Assembly (NCBI GenBank): GCA_017654855.1
Contig: CM030333.1
Span: 3,162,001 to 3,226,000, forward strand
Length of the DNA stretch: 64,000 bases
Origin: Podospora anserina
Taxonomy: Eukaryota
Direction of reading: 5' to 3'
Position numbers and translations under genes: made by a program. The notes beneath the pieces are model-generated. The model was not told the DNA's origin, made no database searches, and worked only from the letters and a program-made list of their open reading frames with translations. Of the stretch, positions 49,114-62,625 are shown piece after piece (the stretch's first letter is position 1; each line of letters opens with the position of its first letter).

Positions 49114-49368
49114 AGCACCCACAACAAAGTGGGGAATCATGTACATAAAACACACCTTACCTACCTACCTACCCACCTACCTTTTTCCTCTCTCCAACTT
49201 GTGCCTCGTTGCTGTTTCCCCTGAAACCCCTATTGTGGATACGTAGTCTGGAGCAACCGTCAAAAGTGGAGCCCGCGGAGTGCAAAGAAAAAGACACATG
49301 TCCACACACTCCACAAGCACCCGGATAAAAGCGCAAAATTGGAATGGGGAAAACAATGAGCAGGAATA

Positions 49369-49442
49369 TCCTCTGTGGCGCAATTGGCTAGCGCGTCTGA
49401 CTGTTAATCAGGAGGTTGGAAGTTCGAGCCTTCCCGGAGGAG
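49369..49442 (+). tRNA. tRNA-Asn (GTT), intronless
   Basis: Acceptor TCCTCTG/CGGAGGA+G, anticodon GTT at 49403-49405, T-loop TTCGAGC. Confidence 0.95.
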
Positions 49443-49905
49443 ATTGAGTTGGAACCATTTGTAGTGGTTCGAGTTCTTTTTTCATGGTTTTGGTCTCATC
49501 ATATCGCCTGATTAGCATAAACCATCTTCTGGCTTTTGTTTTTGTCTTGTTGTCTGAGCTTACGGTGGACTTCATCCCAACGTAAGGCGTACTTCATTCC
49601 AGCATGAGAGAGATTTTATCCCAGCTTCACATGGACTTCATCATGGCTCGATGTGTATACAAGGGCACCAGTTGCTTGTGTATAATATGTGGCTTCTATT
49701 ATTACCTTTCAGCAAGACCTTTTTGGCTGGGAGCTGTTCCCATCAACGATATCCTGTTCACCAAAACCTTATACGTCATTCGTCTGTTACATACTAGGTA
49801 CAGACAAAGGATCCCATAACTGCATTATCCTTTCTTTCTACACATGTCAATCTCACAATCTCTCATTCTCATCCGACATATCATATTCCCCCGTAACCTT
49901 TCCCA

Positions 49906-51769
49906 TCACTCCCCCCCATTCACCCCCTCCCCCTCCTTCTCCCTCCTCCACATCTGCCTCTCCTCATCCACCACCCCCGGCCCCTTATAAACACTCCCAT
50001 ACAACCCCCCAGCCCAACCACTCCCCTCCCCAGTCGACGTCTTACTCTTACTTCTCCTCCTATACCACCGTCCATACACCAACAAGTAATACAGCCTAAA
50101 ACACAACAACGCCCACCCATCCCTCTCCAGATCCCTCGGGTACTCCGCCCCCAGATCAACCGCAGCCGCTATCCCGCTCATCACCGCAACCTCATGCGCA
50201 TTGATCAACGTCCAGCTACCCGCAAACCTGACATGCCTTCTCCCCTGCAACAGCCACAACCACGGCACAACAAGCAGGTAATGAGTCCACGAATGGCAAA
50301 GCTGATGCCACCAGTCCTTGCGGATAATTTTCGTCTGGTCAATCTCATTATCAGTCCAGAGATGCCCATCACGTTCCTTGTTGAGGAAAATGGTCTGGAA
50401 GACGTGGTTCTCGAACGGGACAGAGGGCGGGAACTGAGCCTGGTAGTTGGTGCAGTCAAACGACATTTCCAGCTTGGACATGTCAGAAGGGTAGGGCTTG
50501 ATGTAGTACATTGGTTTGAAGCTGTTCATCTCCCCGTAGTCACCGCGGGCGATGGCCACCCGAGTGGAGTGGTCTGTTCCGGAAAGAGTGGTGACGGCTT
50601 GGTCGGGGGTGAAAAAGTTTTCGTAGTGCTTGATCATGTAGGACGTGTCGGAGTGGGTGATGGTTAGATCGTTGGACCAGATAGCGCGGGGGAGGATAAG
50701 GCGTTCCCCTTTGGTGCGGGATTTGGAGAGGAGGCGGTTTGCGGTGTCGGCGCTGGAGGAGGGGAAGACATGTTAGTGACAGGGTAAGGATGGCGAGGGG
50801 AGGTTGAGCTTACAGGCAACAGAAGACGACCTCATCGTAGTGCTCGTTGGTTTCGTCGGCACTGGGGTCGGCGTTGGCGGTGTAATCCTCCGGTGTCCAA
50901 GCACCGGATGGGTTGTGGTTGTCAGGAGCTGGATTTCGCTTGATGAGCTTTACCACAACGCCGTTCTTGTCCCGATAGAGGGTCTCGGTGAGCTCTGTCG
51001 ACAGACGGACCTTCACACCATTCTTGATGAGGTCTTTTCTCCAGTCTTCGTAGAATTGACTGAAGTTGGGAAAGACGACCATCGGAGGAAGGTTGCTCGC
51101 TATACTTTCCTTGTCCGGAGGATACCACATGCCGTAGGTTGGGCTGGTGCACAGCCGTTCGAGAATGATGGTCGGCACTTCGGGTGTGTAGTTTCCAGTT
51201 CCGAGGAATAGGGCAACCATGGGAAGAGCAACGGCATTGGCGAACTCGTAGCTGAACATGAAGAGCTTCATGAGATATTTGATGGGGAGCAGGGCAAAGA
51301 ATATCTCAAACCAACGAGTCAGAGTAAGCATCTGGACAAAACGACGAATCTCGTTCTGGTGTTTCTCGAGCAGCTTGGTAGGGTAGACATTGGTCCAGAA
51401 CCGATCTCCTTTCCCGAAAGACACTTGCAGCTTGACAGGATTGGCAACATGGCCCTGGCGGCCAAACATTGTCATGGTGTGATGGAAGATGTAAGAGCCA
51501 CCTTGGACGCCTTGGTTCAGCCATGAGGCACCGTGCTTGTCTTTGTCAATGGGGATCGAGAAGGCCTGGCCGCCGCAGTAGTTGGTTGCTTCGATCAAAG
51601 TAACGTCGAACTTGTCTGGGTGTTGGGCGAGGTGATGGGCACAGGACATGCCTAAGAAGTTGTCAAATCAAGGAGAACAAAAACAACATGCCGATTCGAT
51701 TGGTGTTACTGTACCTGCAGCACCAGCTCCAACAACCAGGACTCTCTTCTTTTTCGGGCCTTTGGACAT
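49906..51769 (-). CDS. FAD-dependent oxidoreductase (amine-oxidase-like flavoprotein), 3 exons
   Basis: RVLVVGAGAAG|MS dinucleotide-binding motif, E...CGG, C-terminal FAGSW...HEVAVMSGIAAA. Confidence 0.88.
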
Positions 51770-52519
51770 GGCAACGGACAGCAGCTATCACGAACTTTCT
51801 GGAAAGGCATCAACGGCGCCTGTTTCAGTGTAAGAAAAGAGCAAATCTCGTCTCAAAACATGCAAGATAAAAGGAGTTGTTGAGATGTTGGTCGTGGCTG
51901 AATCACCTGCGTCATGGCCGCTGTGGTGTCTTTGACGATTTGGAGCGGCGCCAAAGTCAACCAAGATCGGTGGCGCAAGCGATGGCATTTTGATTGGACT
52001 GAATTGACGAGCAAATGCCGATTGCACTGCATACAGGATGGCGACAACGGAGGGTGTCAACTTCGATGACGGGAAGTGTCAAGGTAATGAGATCGTGTAG
52101 TGACTCTGGCGGGCGGGGTGCCGGACATCGAGACCCTTGCCCCACTGTTAGCACCACAGAAGCTCTAGAGGTTCCATGTGCCGCTCACTGAGGCTGCCCT
52201 GTACCTACTCACCTGCTTGGGAAGATGGTTCTACACCCCCTTTTAAGAATTCTTGGACAATTTCCCCTTGCCGTCCATGAGCTTTCATGATGGCGATCTA
52301 TTTTCCTTCCACACCATCGCGTCCCGTAGATTTGTTATCCTCAGACCCTGGTCAATTGTTACATCGCCTCGGTCACCACCGCCCAACCAACATGATTTGT
52401 GTACTGGAGCCAACAGCACCGCATCCTTGACTCATCAGTGGAGGTCAGCAAAATCTTCGGGCTTCCCACCGACAACACTTGACGCCTCCGTCAAACACAC
52501 AACGCCGTTGACAATCGAC

Positions 52520-55500
52520 ATGGAGGACTACGATGTTATCGAGCACAGCGACACAGCATTGGGCCCTGAAGTCGTGGCTCGGATACGCGACTGGCTCCAG
52601 CCAACCGACTACACAGCCGAATCGGGCGAATATTATCGTCACCTGTCGTCTCAAGCACCCGGCACAGGCCTGTGGCTTTGCCAAACAGACGAGTATAAAA
52701 AATGGCACGGCTCACCAGATCATGGCAGCTTATGGATCAAGGGCGTTCCGGGAGCAGGGAAATCTGTCATGGCAGCGAGCATCATCAGGCATCTAGAGAC
52801 GACAGAGAACTGCCCGGTACTCTTCTTCTTTTTCCGAAACATTGTTGCTGCCAACTATTCTCCTCGCGCTCTTCTCCAAGATTGGCTTGCGCAACTTTTG
52901 CCCTTCTCTCCCAAGCTCCAGCTCGCACTCCAATCACAGCTGAATACTGACCTGGCAATCATCTCCAACAATGACCTTTTTGACCATTTCCTCAGCGGAA
53001 TATCCTGCGTCCCAAGACTCTATTGTGTTGCTGATGCCCTGGATGAGATGAACACGGACAGCAGACCATTCCTCGACAAGTTCAACCGCCTCGCCACGCA
53101 CCGCCCAGGCTCCTTGAAGCTTCTCCTGACAAGTAGACCTAAACAGTATCTCCAGAGCGCGTTGCGAGACACCTCGATTGTGCACATTAGTCTGCAACGA
53201 CATCTGGTGGATGTTGACATTGTTTCATATCTCAATTGTCGGCTTGAAAAGCTTTCCCTAATGAACAATGCTGTGGGAAAGAACCAGCTTGTTGACTTGG
53301 TGGCTAAAAGGTCGGGGGGATTGTTTCTTTATGCCAAGTTGACCATGGACCAGATGGTGAGTCATTTCTAGGCGATTATTACCTTGCTACCTAGTTTACT
53401 GACGTGCAAGCAGGAAGAAGCTCTGTCTAGGCAGGACCAAGTCGACATTTGTGCTCTGGAAGCATCACTCCCCATTGGATTGGAGGAAACATACGCCAAC
53501 TTGTTGCAGAAACATCGTCAGGAGAGCCAGGTCGACCTCGAGTTCCAGGTTTTTGTCTTGGAAACTATCACCCATGCGTCCCGTCCATTGCGACTAACTG
53601 AGCTCGCCAGCCTCGCCGGATGTCTGAGCACCACTAATGAATCTTTGACACACTGGAAACAGCTCATTAGTACCTGCTGTGGACCACTTATTCAGGTGTT
53701 GGAAAACGAGACTCTCCAAGTTATCCACCACTCCTTCACCGAGTTTCTGAGAGGTGACGGCCGAAATAGCCCAAGTGGAACTGAGCCTTCTTCGGCCTTT
53801 CCAGTCATTAACTCAACAATTGCCCACAAGAACGTGGCTCTTCGATGCTTGGGGTATGTTCAATCGCTTCCACTCCCAAGCGTAAAACAACGCAGGTCAT
53901 ACCGCGAGCAATCTGACGATCGCCGAAATGTCTGTTTACTCTATCCATTCTTCGATTATGCTATGGAGAACTGGGTGTATCACGCGAGCCGATATGATAC
54001 GAGAGACCACGGCTTTTTTCACACCATTTTGTGCTTTCTGGCGCCCGATAACCTGGCCTTTCGGCAGTGGACAGGGCCTCCGTGGTATTGGGACACCGAC
54101 AACCCCTCTGAAGGGATTCCCACTGCTTTACATGTTGCAGCACATGCTGGGATGTATGAGTTTTGTCTTTGGCTCATAAACGAACAAAGGGTTTCTGTTT
54201 CGTCAATCGCCAGCGACCGTCGAACACCATTGCACAGGGCGGCAGAAAAAGGTCACGGCAAGGTTGCCTCACTCCTAATCCAATACGGCAGCGATCCGAA
54301 CCCCGAAGATATATACGGATTGAAGCCTATTCACCTGGCAGCACGTTATAACCACGCTGACGTGGTCTCGACTTTGCTTCAAGCCGGGGTTGAGCCTGAC
54401 ACACCAACAACGAACGAGGATGATGAACACCCCGACTACTATGACGCTGGAAGAGATTTGCGAGAGAACAGGCCAGGCGAATGTGCAATCTATTATGCAA
54501 GTCGATATGGCCATCTGGAGACACTGGAGGCGCTGATTCCCTATTGCGCGCCGTCTGCGTTGGAGAAGATGCTCTGCGAATGTTGTCGTTTCGATCGTAC
54601 TGAGGCTGCGGCTGCAGTCTTGGCACACTTGTCTATTCCAGTGGATGCTTCGTACAGTGGAGCAACTGCACTCTACTTTGCGTGTGGGAATACCAATACC
54701 GACTTGGTCCAAGCCCTTATTGATCATGGTGCCGATTCCAAGGCCCTATCAGTATTGGCATCACTCGCAACATACTACGGCGGGCCGGCGGTAGAGGAGG
54801 TCTATGAAGACGCGGATGAAGGAGCGGAAGTCGTATTCCAGTCCTATTGGTATCTAGATGCGAAGCAAGCCCCTTTGCATCGCTTGGTGCAGAGTTGGAA
54901 CTACAATAATGATGCAGCTTGTCAGGTCATCCTTCGAATTCTTTTGGATGCCGGCGCTGATATGGAACAGCTAAACGACGATGGAGTAACTGCATTACTT
55001 TTGGCAGCGTCATTCTCCTGTCGCTTTTCATTCAGTTCATCGATAGTACCGTGCGTGCCTGCTTTGAGGGCTTTACTGGCCTCGGGAGCAAATGTCAAGG
55101 CAACCTGCCCTAACGGAAACAAAGCATTGCATTATGCCTTGGGACAAAGCCAAGAAAACCTAGAGGCCATGAGAGTTCTTTTGGAACATGAAGAAGGCCA
55201 ACAGGAAAGGCGGTCTCTGGACTCACTCCACCGTCTCGGCAAGGTCGGGTCGTCCGACTCGGCTGACAGCGAAGCTCTATCGTGCAGGTTCATAGAGTAC
55301 TTTGTTCGAGGCGGTCTTGATCCTGGTTACGAATTCTACAAAGGCAAAACTATGTTGGAGGCGGCAATGTATCAAAATCCCGGACTGTTCCAGACCTTGT
55401 TCTCCCTCTGCAAGGACGAGTCACTGAAGCAGCGATGTTGGTTTGCTTTACCAGGCGAATGGCCCAGCAGGGAGAGTTGCATTCAATATCTCAAGATCAT

Positions 55501-58500
55501 GGTTGCGCAAGGCATGGATCCGAACATCACACCGGAAGGTGGCCGGCCATTATACCTGCACTTTTACAGGTACGATGACTTGCTTCAAGCTCTTGAGCTG
55601 GCAGGAGCCAAGGCCAGCGTGGTGGATGCCAATGGAAACAATGTTTTGCATCTTTTGTGCAAACTTGGCCGGGTGAAACGGTCTCAGCTGGAACACTTTA
55701 TTGCACGTGGTGCCAACCCTCTTGCTACCACTCTGGAGGGTGATACTTTGCTTCATCTTGTCGCTACGTGGTACGGAGGTTGGGGAGACCAGCCTGACCT
55801 TGTGCAATGGCTGATTAGCCTCGGAATATCCGCGGATGCTACCAATACCTCTGGACAGACTCCTCTTCATGTGCATCTACAGCATGGGAAAAATCGACAG
55901 GAGGATGGCCACCTCTTCATCCACACAGAATTTTTCTTTTTTGACGCGGTGGGTTCGGTCAGTCTGGAAATTCCTGATAAGAATGGCTTCACTGCTCTTC
56001 ACTTGGCTTGTACAAAGTCAGAAAGCGACCTGGCCATACTGCTCGCTGCTGGAGCAAGCTTATTTTCGCGTACTGCTGATGGGCAAAATGCCCTACACCT
56101 TGCATGCCGAGCCAGGAAGGCCGATGTCGTGAGCCGTGTACTTGGGCTGCTTGGGGATGAGAGCAGCAACACGGATGGGGTTTTCAACATGATCAACAAA
56201 CAGGATAACGGAGGGAGGACCCCCTTACATTATGCTTGCGTTAGCGGAGAAGTTGAAACTGTGGATATTCTTCTGAGATCTGGAGCCAACGTCAATGTGG
56301 AAGATTTGCATGGTCATACGCCACTGCATTTGTGCGCTCAATTCAGGACAGAACCAGCGCTCTGGGACTTGTCTGGATACAAAAGAGATCCTGATCTTGG
56401 TGGTGTCGATGATTTCTATTTCCCAGCCATGAACATCATTGTCAAGATGCTTTTGGATGCTGGTGCAGACGCTCAAGGTTGTGCTTCACGCGAGACAGCA
56501 GCCCCTTTGCAAATGGCTATTGACATAGGCTGTACCGAGTTCATTGACGCGTTCTATGCCCAGCAGGACATATCGGTCAAGTCAGGGAGGACTCTGTCAA
56601 GCGATGGCCTCAGCAGGGAAACTGCCAGAGTTGATGTGGCCTCCCCACTGTTAAATCAGCGTCTCGACAAATATCTGGATGGATCAGTGAAGCCTGTGCT
56701 CGAATTGCTTTTGGACAATCCCAACCAATACTTGCAGCTTCTTACACCCGACGATGCAGCAAGTCTGATCAACCACGGATTCAGCAATAACCGGCATGAT
56801 GGCAGATATTACCAGGTGCTCCTGGAGATGATGCAATCTTCCGAGTATCTATTGTTGGCGAGGCAGGTGTCCGGGCTGATTCATTATTACAGCTCTCCTG
56901 ACAACCTCAGGCTTTATCTTCAAACGGTGCGATCCCAGTCAACGACAAATTCCTGGATGTGGACCTGGGTGGGACGTTACTTTGGCACGCGAGCCCTTAC
57001 CCCTCTACAGATCATCTGTGAAGCACAGCGTCCTAGCATGGTGTTGTTAAGATACTTGCTGGGAACGCTTCAGGTGGATGCCAACACACGGTGCATCATG
57101 GTTGACCGGAAAAAGGAAAAGTTCATTTCTGGTGGTACAGCACTTCATCGACTTGCTGTTGTAGACTTCCGGTGGAAGCTAGATGCTATCCGCTACCTGC
57201 TCGCCACCGGTGCCGACATCAATGCGCTTAACGAGACTGGCGAGTCACCTCTTCACGTTGCTGCCTGCGGTGGAGTTAAGGATTATCATCGGCACGGGCC
57301 AGACCGGTTCAGTGATAACCGGAGTCTCGACGCTGTCCGAATACTTCTCGATCATGGAGCCGATCCTGATCTCCTGGACGAAAAGGGCCTTGCCGCGATC
57401 CATAAGGCATGCATGCACTTCGATCAATCAACAGGTCGCGACATTATCCAAGAGCTTCTTTCCAAGGGGGCAAGTGCCCTGGTTGGCGTCAGAAGCCCTC
57501 TGTTTGAAGCCGTACGGTACCACAACGTTCCAGCCTTCGAAGTACTGCTGGAGCATGGACTTGATGTCAATACGGTCTATGATGAAGGACCGATCATATT
57601 CCCCCAAAATGGCAAACCGATTGATGAGACAAAGCCTCGACGACGTTGTCTGCTTTGGTTCATGGCCATCGTTTCCTGTTGGCCTCTTGCTAGGTCACCT
57701 GCAACCTTGTCAATGGTGCGCATTATGGTCGAACATGGGGCGGATCTGTACCTCCCTTTAAACGACGAAGAGACGGTGTGTCATTATCTCTTCGAGTTCG
57801 CAAAACGGGAGATCGTGGAGACATTGTTGCAGGAACCCTGTGTCTCACGGATTGACTTCAATCGTCCCGGTCAGTCTGGTCAAACGATCTTGATGGCGGC
57901 ATGCAGACGAGCTATCGAATGGAGGCCTCATGATTTGAAGGATGGATCAAAGCCGGCTTGGCTACCGTTGCAAACCCTGAGATTGAACTTGGGGATCAAA
58001 CCTGATGCTACCGCTGTCGACAATGCTGGCCAGACGTCTCTTCATCATCTTCTACAAAATAAAGCGAGCACGGAGGATGAGATTCTTCATTTTATGAGGG
58101 ACGAGCGTGTTGCTTCTACTCTCTTGACCAAGGATAACGATGGGTTTTCGCCTCTTCATTATGCCCTCAAGCTGCTCCGGCCGAGAGTGTGCGAGTTTCT
58201 TTGCGACAAAGGAGCCGACATTCTCGAACCGGACCCGAGTGGTTCTTTTACTCTTCACCACATTGCGGCACAGTGTGTTCAGACGGCTCGGTCATTTGCC
58301 GATCCAACGGATGGAGCACGGGACTGGAACCCAATCCCCCATTCAACAACCTATTTTGATGATTGTCTGGCGCTCTGGGAAAGGTGTCTGAAGGAAGGAG
58401 CGTCAATTAACGCACCCGACCGAGATGGAAACACACCGTTGCACGTTTTTTTAGTGTCTCCAGACGCATGGACACCGTGTAAATACCCAGGGGATGAGCA

Positions 58501-58843
58501 TGAGTATGATCCTGTGGCGTGCCATTTGAAGCGGTACAAGCAGCTTTTCCCGCCAGAGAGTGGTGTTGATATATGGGCTTCCAATCGGGAGGGGGAGACG
58601 GTCTTGCATAGGATTGCTGGTCACTGTGTGGGAAGACGAGCGGATATACTCCTGGCGAGGCATTCTGGGAGACCGTCGGATGTGAAGCACATACCGCATG
58701 ATAAACAGCTTTTTGAAGCGTTTTTGAAGATGGGGGCGGATCCATTGAAGGAGGATGTGAAGGGGAGGAGTGCGCTGGATGTGGCGATTGCTTGGGGGAA
58801 GAAGTATATTTTGGACTTGGTTGCTTTGGATGGCGGGTCTTAA
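52520..58843 (+). CDS. NACHT-ankyrin NLR-like protein (about 2090 aa) with no recognisable N-terminal effector
   Basis: WLQPTDY, PGTGLW, GVPGAGKS Walker A, VADALDE Walker B, GLFLYAKL; intron 53357-53413; many divergent ANK repeats. An upstream in-frame ATG (52277) is possible. Confidence 0.9.
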
Positions 58844-59415
58844 GGGTTCGTGAATGGGATGGTATCGAGGAAGCTGGGGCTAACCTGAGCAGATGGATGG
58901 GGTTATATAAATGATTACATCTTATATTTACATGGGCATGGTCCGTTGCTTTCACAGGGCTCTTTTGTCATACAATCTCGCCGCCTTCAACCCGTCCTTC
59001 AAAGCAGCCGTCTGATTGTTTAAAGCGTGCATGTTTTGTGGACGAAGACGGGTGTTTAAAACGGATGTGGCAGAAGGTATTAAAAAAGAATTCTATTAAT
59101 CCGAGCTTTTGCTATCTCTTTTCACCAACAATCTTAGCATTTGTTGTATTCTTTATGCTTAGATTAAGATGCTAGAAGGCTCAGAATAGAGTATTATCCA
59201 AACTTATGCTGTCTATCTTTAGCTAGGACTGACAGGTTGAATGGTTCAGAACAAAGGTTAGAAGGCTCGGCATAGAATGACAAGTAACTAGCTATATATT
59301 AGCCCTCTTTCTCCTCATGATGGATGCAGCGCACATGCGATTCAGGGGTAAGGTAACAGCTACAAAGGAGATCCTTATGTACCCCACCTCTAAAGAGCCT
59401 CTGCACCAATCAAAA

Positions 59416-59503
59416 CCCCTTGTGGTGTAGTTGGCTATCACGTTCGGCTGTAAAGGAATTTATTGATACCGAAAGGTCACCGGCTCGATTCCGGTCGAGG
59501 GGA
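59416..59503 (+). tRNA. tRNA-Tyr (GTA) with 14-nt intron
   Basis: C1:G72 and A73; anticodon GTA at 59450-59452; intron 59454-59467; T-loop reads CTCGATT. Confidence 0.9.
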
Positions 59504-60093
59504 CTATCTTTTGCAGCTTTTCCTCATCTCCATTCTCTCGTCAAGATACCATGGTGTTTGATTCTGAGTTGTTTTTTTACCCTCCGGCTTTTTGCAACTT
59601 ATAGGTCGTCAATGCTTGCTTATATTCATGGGGCAGCATCGACCTTTTGTCTACATCTGATAGAAAGGCAACAATTACAAAACCGGTGACTTTGACAATC
59701 TTCCAGCCACATCCCAAAATCGAGATATGTCAAATCTCTGATGGCAACCTGTCCGAGGGAGGGGGTCACTGACATCGTTGTGGGTAGCTGTCCAACGAAT
59801 CAGATGTCTTGATCCAGGATGTTCGTTTTTTCACCTATTGTGGCAAGCCACTCATAGTCGCTCACAACCACACCTTTACGCGACACATCGGAGAAACGGT
59901 GCGGAGAACTGTGGCTTGACGTCACGGGTCGTACGAGGGAATCTGGATTTCTGTCAATGCATGGGCGTCATCCCAACACTCGCTCGTCTCTTGCTTGAGT
60001 ATTTCAACGTCTGTCTCAGCCACATTTCATTCTTTGGATACTTTATCAGACTTAATATCGACAAGGAAATTGACAATCATCCATCAAGGCACA

Positions 60094-61414
60094 ATGCCGA
60101 GCACTACCCAAGCCAAGGTTAAGCAACAGCCGGTTGCGGTGGCGTGTAAGTGGCCCCTGAACTGGATCCACATTGCCTGAAAGGGGAAACTTATCCGTTC
60201 ATCTCACATCAGCATCGACGTCGAAGAAGGCACCGGCTGCGTCTGTCTCCAAGGCTGTCAAGAAGACAACGACATCGTCGTCTTTAAAGCCTACCACAGC
60301 ATCATCCACCAAGCCTACCGCAACATCGTCAACCAAGCCTACCAGAACAGCAAGCAGCAAGCCTAAAGATGTGACCTCTTATGCCACCAGCAAAACTCCA
60401 GCCCAGGCGAGGTCCGCGGCTAAGAAGCTGGCACCGGCTGTCGCATCCACGCCGGCGACACAGTCCTCCCCAAAGCCTAATTTCAGACCAGTCACCATGA
60501 CAGCTCATACGAAGAAGGCTCTTGGGGTGTCCAGCCCGTCCAGCGTCAATAAGTCGGTGCCCATCGGACAGGTCAAGACCACCGCCGCTGTTCGATCTGC
60601 TGTCCCTGCCCGGCCTGCTCCCACTGCTGCGCGAGTCCCAGCCGCCTCCCCAGTCATGCCAAAGACTGCGACTTCCCAGCCCAAGACAAAGCCTGCTGTT
60701 TCTGCTGCTCCAGTCAAGGCCTCTCCTCAACCTCCTGCCGTTACTCAAACCCAGAGTCCCACGCCCCGAAAGAAGAAGTACGCCCCTGAAGCTCACATCC
60801 CAACCTCAAACTTCACCAAACAGCTCTCCAACACCGTTGGAGGTGTGGCTCAGGGTGTAGGGAGAACCGTCGGCGGCGTGGGTCAAGGCGTGGGGAGAAC
60901 TGTCGGGGGAGTCACGCAAGGAGTTGGGCAGACAGCGTCCGGCCTGACCACTGATGCACTTGACACCCTGAACCGCACTACCAACTCGCTCGGTCGGGGT
61001 GATCTCTATGGCACTGTCGGGGGAGTTGCAGGCGGTGTCGGGAATACTGTCGGGAACACTACCAAGAACCTTGGTGGTGCTGTCGGAGGAGTTACGAGAG
61101 GGTTGGGGGATACTGTCAATCAGACTACGGACGGGCTAGGGAATGCGATCGGGGGACCTGTTGGTGGGTTGACGAAAGGGGTTGGGGGTGCTGTTGGGGG
61201 GGTTACGAGGGGGGTGGGGGATACGGTTGGGGGTGTTACGAGGGGATTGGGCAATACAGTTGGGAATACTACTGGTGCTTTGGGGAGAGGAGACTTGGGA
61301 GGTGTGGTTGGGGGTTTGGTTGGTGGGTTGGGGGAGACAGTTGGGGAGGTTGGAAAGGGGGTGGGAGGGATTTTGAGTCCAGTATTGGGGGGTGTTCTGG
61401 GGGGTGGGAAGTAG
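60094..61414 (+). CDS. Low-complexity protein: basic Ser/Thr/Pro/Lys N-half and Gly-rich 11-mer repeat C-half
   Basis: ATG 60094, intron 60147-60211, repeats of VGGVTRGVGDT type. Confidence 0.8.
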
Positions 61415-61989
61415 GTCTGTAGGAGAGTGGTGGTTGTTTCTGGGGGTAGTGATGGGGTTGAGATACACGAGTTGCCTGAATGTGGTCATCCGCATCGAGA
61501 TAACAAACGTCCTGCGCTATTGAAGTTATGAAGCTACCTAGCGAACGATGATGCCTGTGTGTTGTACACTTGTCCAGCAAGTTGATGTTAACGATTAGCC
61601 AAAAAGACCTATAACGAAACGGTTCTCGTCATTCTTCATACTCGCTCAACAAAACAGAATCGAACATCTTTCTTTTGTTTTGTTAGTTTGTTGTTTGTCG
61701 TTGGTTTTCGCTTCTGTAACCTTTGTGTCTGGATAATGGGGAAAGAGAAGAAAGCAAAAGGCAGACCTTGGTCAACAAAGTCAAACATCAAGTAAGGAAA
61801 GCAGAAATCTGATAGGTGCCACCAGAAACATATACCCAAAACAAAACCCAAAAGAAAGGCAGATCCAGTCATGGTAAGCCAGCTTGACCACGGTGAAGCT
61901 TGAGAGATGGAACTGTTAAGCCAATGGTAGTAGCCATGGACTCCCTTCCGCCTCGATGTTATTTGGACCCCAAAGTTCACCTCAGTCCA

Positions 61990-62625
61990 TCACTGAGCAT
62001 ATCCACGGGTCCAATACTGATACTGCTGGGAGCCTGCAGCGCTTTGGTCATAGTCCACAGGCCCATAATTTGGCGCCTGCTGCAAGTCGATGTTATTCCC
62101 ACCGGCAGGTTGCGACAGATTGCACGGGTAGAAGTTCCCATCAGCGATGTAGTACCGGTTCCCACCAGAGTCATAGACGGTCCCATCAGGGGCGGGGTAC
62201 CAGGTCGTTCCATTAGCGTCAGTATAGGGGCTGAGCTTGGTTTGCTTCTCGGTCGATGCAGGCTGTGCGTGGCCCTTGTGGCGATATTGGAGAGGTCGGT
62301 GTGACGGAGGTACCGACCAGCCCCAGCCTCGAGAGTGATCGCGGACATCGGTGGACACAGGTGTTGTGCCGTACTTCGAATCCGCGGTCTTTTTTCCATG
62401 TGATCGAGAGCCAGAGGAGGAACCCCCCGCTGGCTGAGTGTCGGCTCTGGCTTTGCCCTTGCCCCTGTCAGAAGAAAGGTCTTCACTGTAATACCACTCC
62501 GGCTGGGAGGGGACAGTTCTGTGGCGATCTCCATCTTCGTATAAGGATCTGTACGGGCTACACTCGTCGTAGAGGTCTTCTGCGCGGGTCACGCCGTAGC
62601 CACCATCATCATCATAACGAGACAT
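61990..62625 (-). CDS. Hypothetical protein (211 aa, Tyr/Gly/Asp-rich)
   Basis: ATG in CACCATG context, uninterrupted ORF; no family recognised. Confidence 0.55.
   Translation of the reverse strand: MSRYDDDGGYGVTRAEDLYDECSPYRSLYEDGDRHRTVPSQPEWYYSEDLSSDRGKGKARADTQPAGGSSSGSRSHGKKTADSKYGTTPVSTDVRDHSRGWGWSVPPSHRPLQYRHKGHAQPASTEKQTKLSPYTDANGTTWYPAPDGTVYDSGGNRYYIADGNFYPCNLSQPAGGNNIDLQQAPNYGPVDYDQSAAGSQQYQYWTRGYAQ

Noticed and set aside
52253..52600. Amyloid signalling motif at the NLR N-terminus
   Set aside because: No G/N/Q-rich HRAM, sigma or PP-like pattern and no adjacent HeLo/sesB gene.
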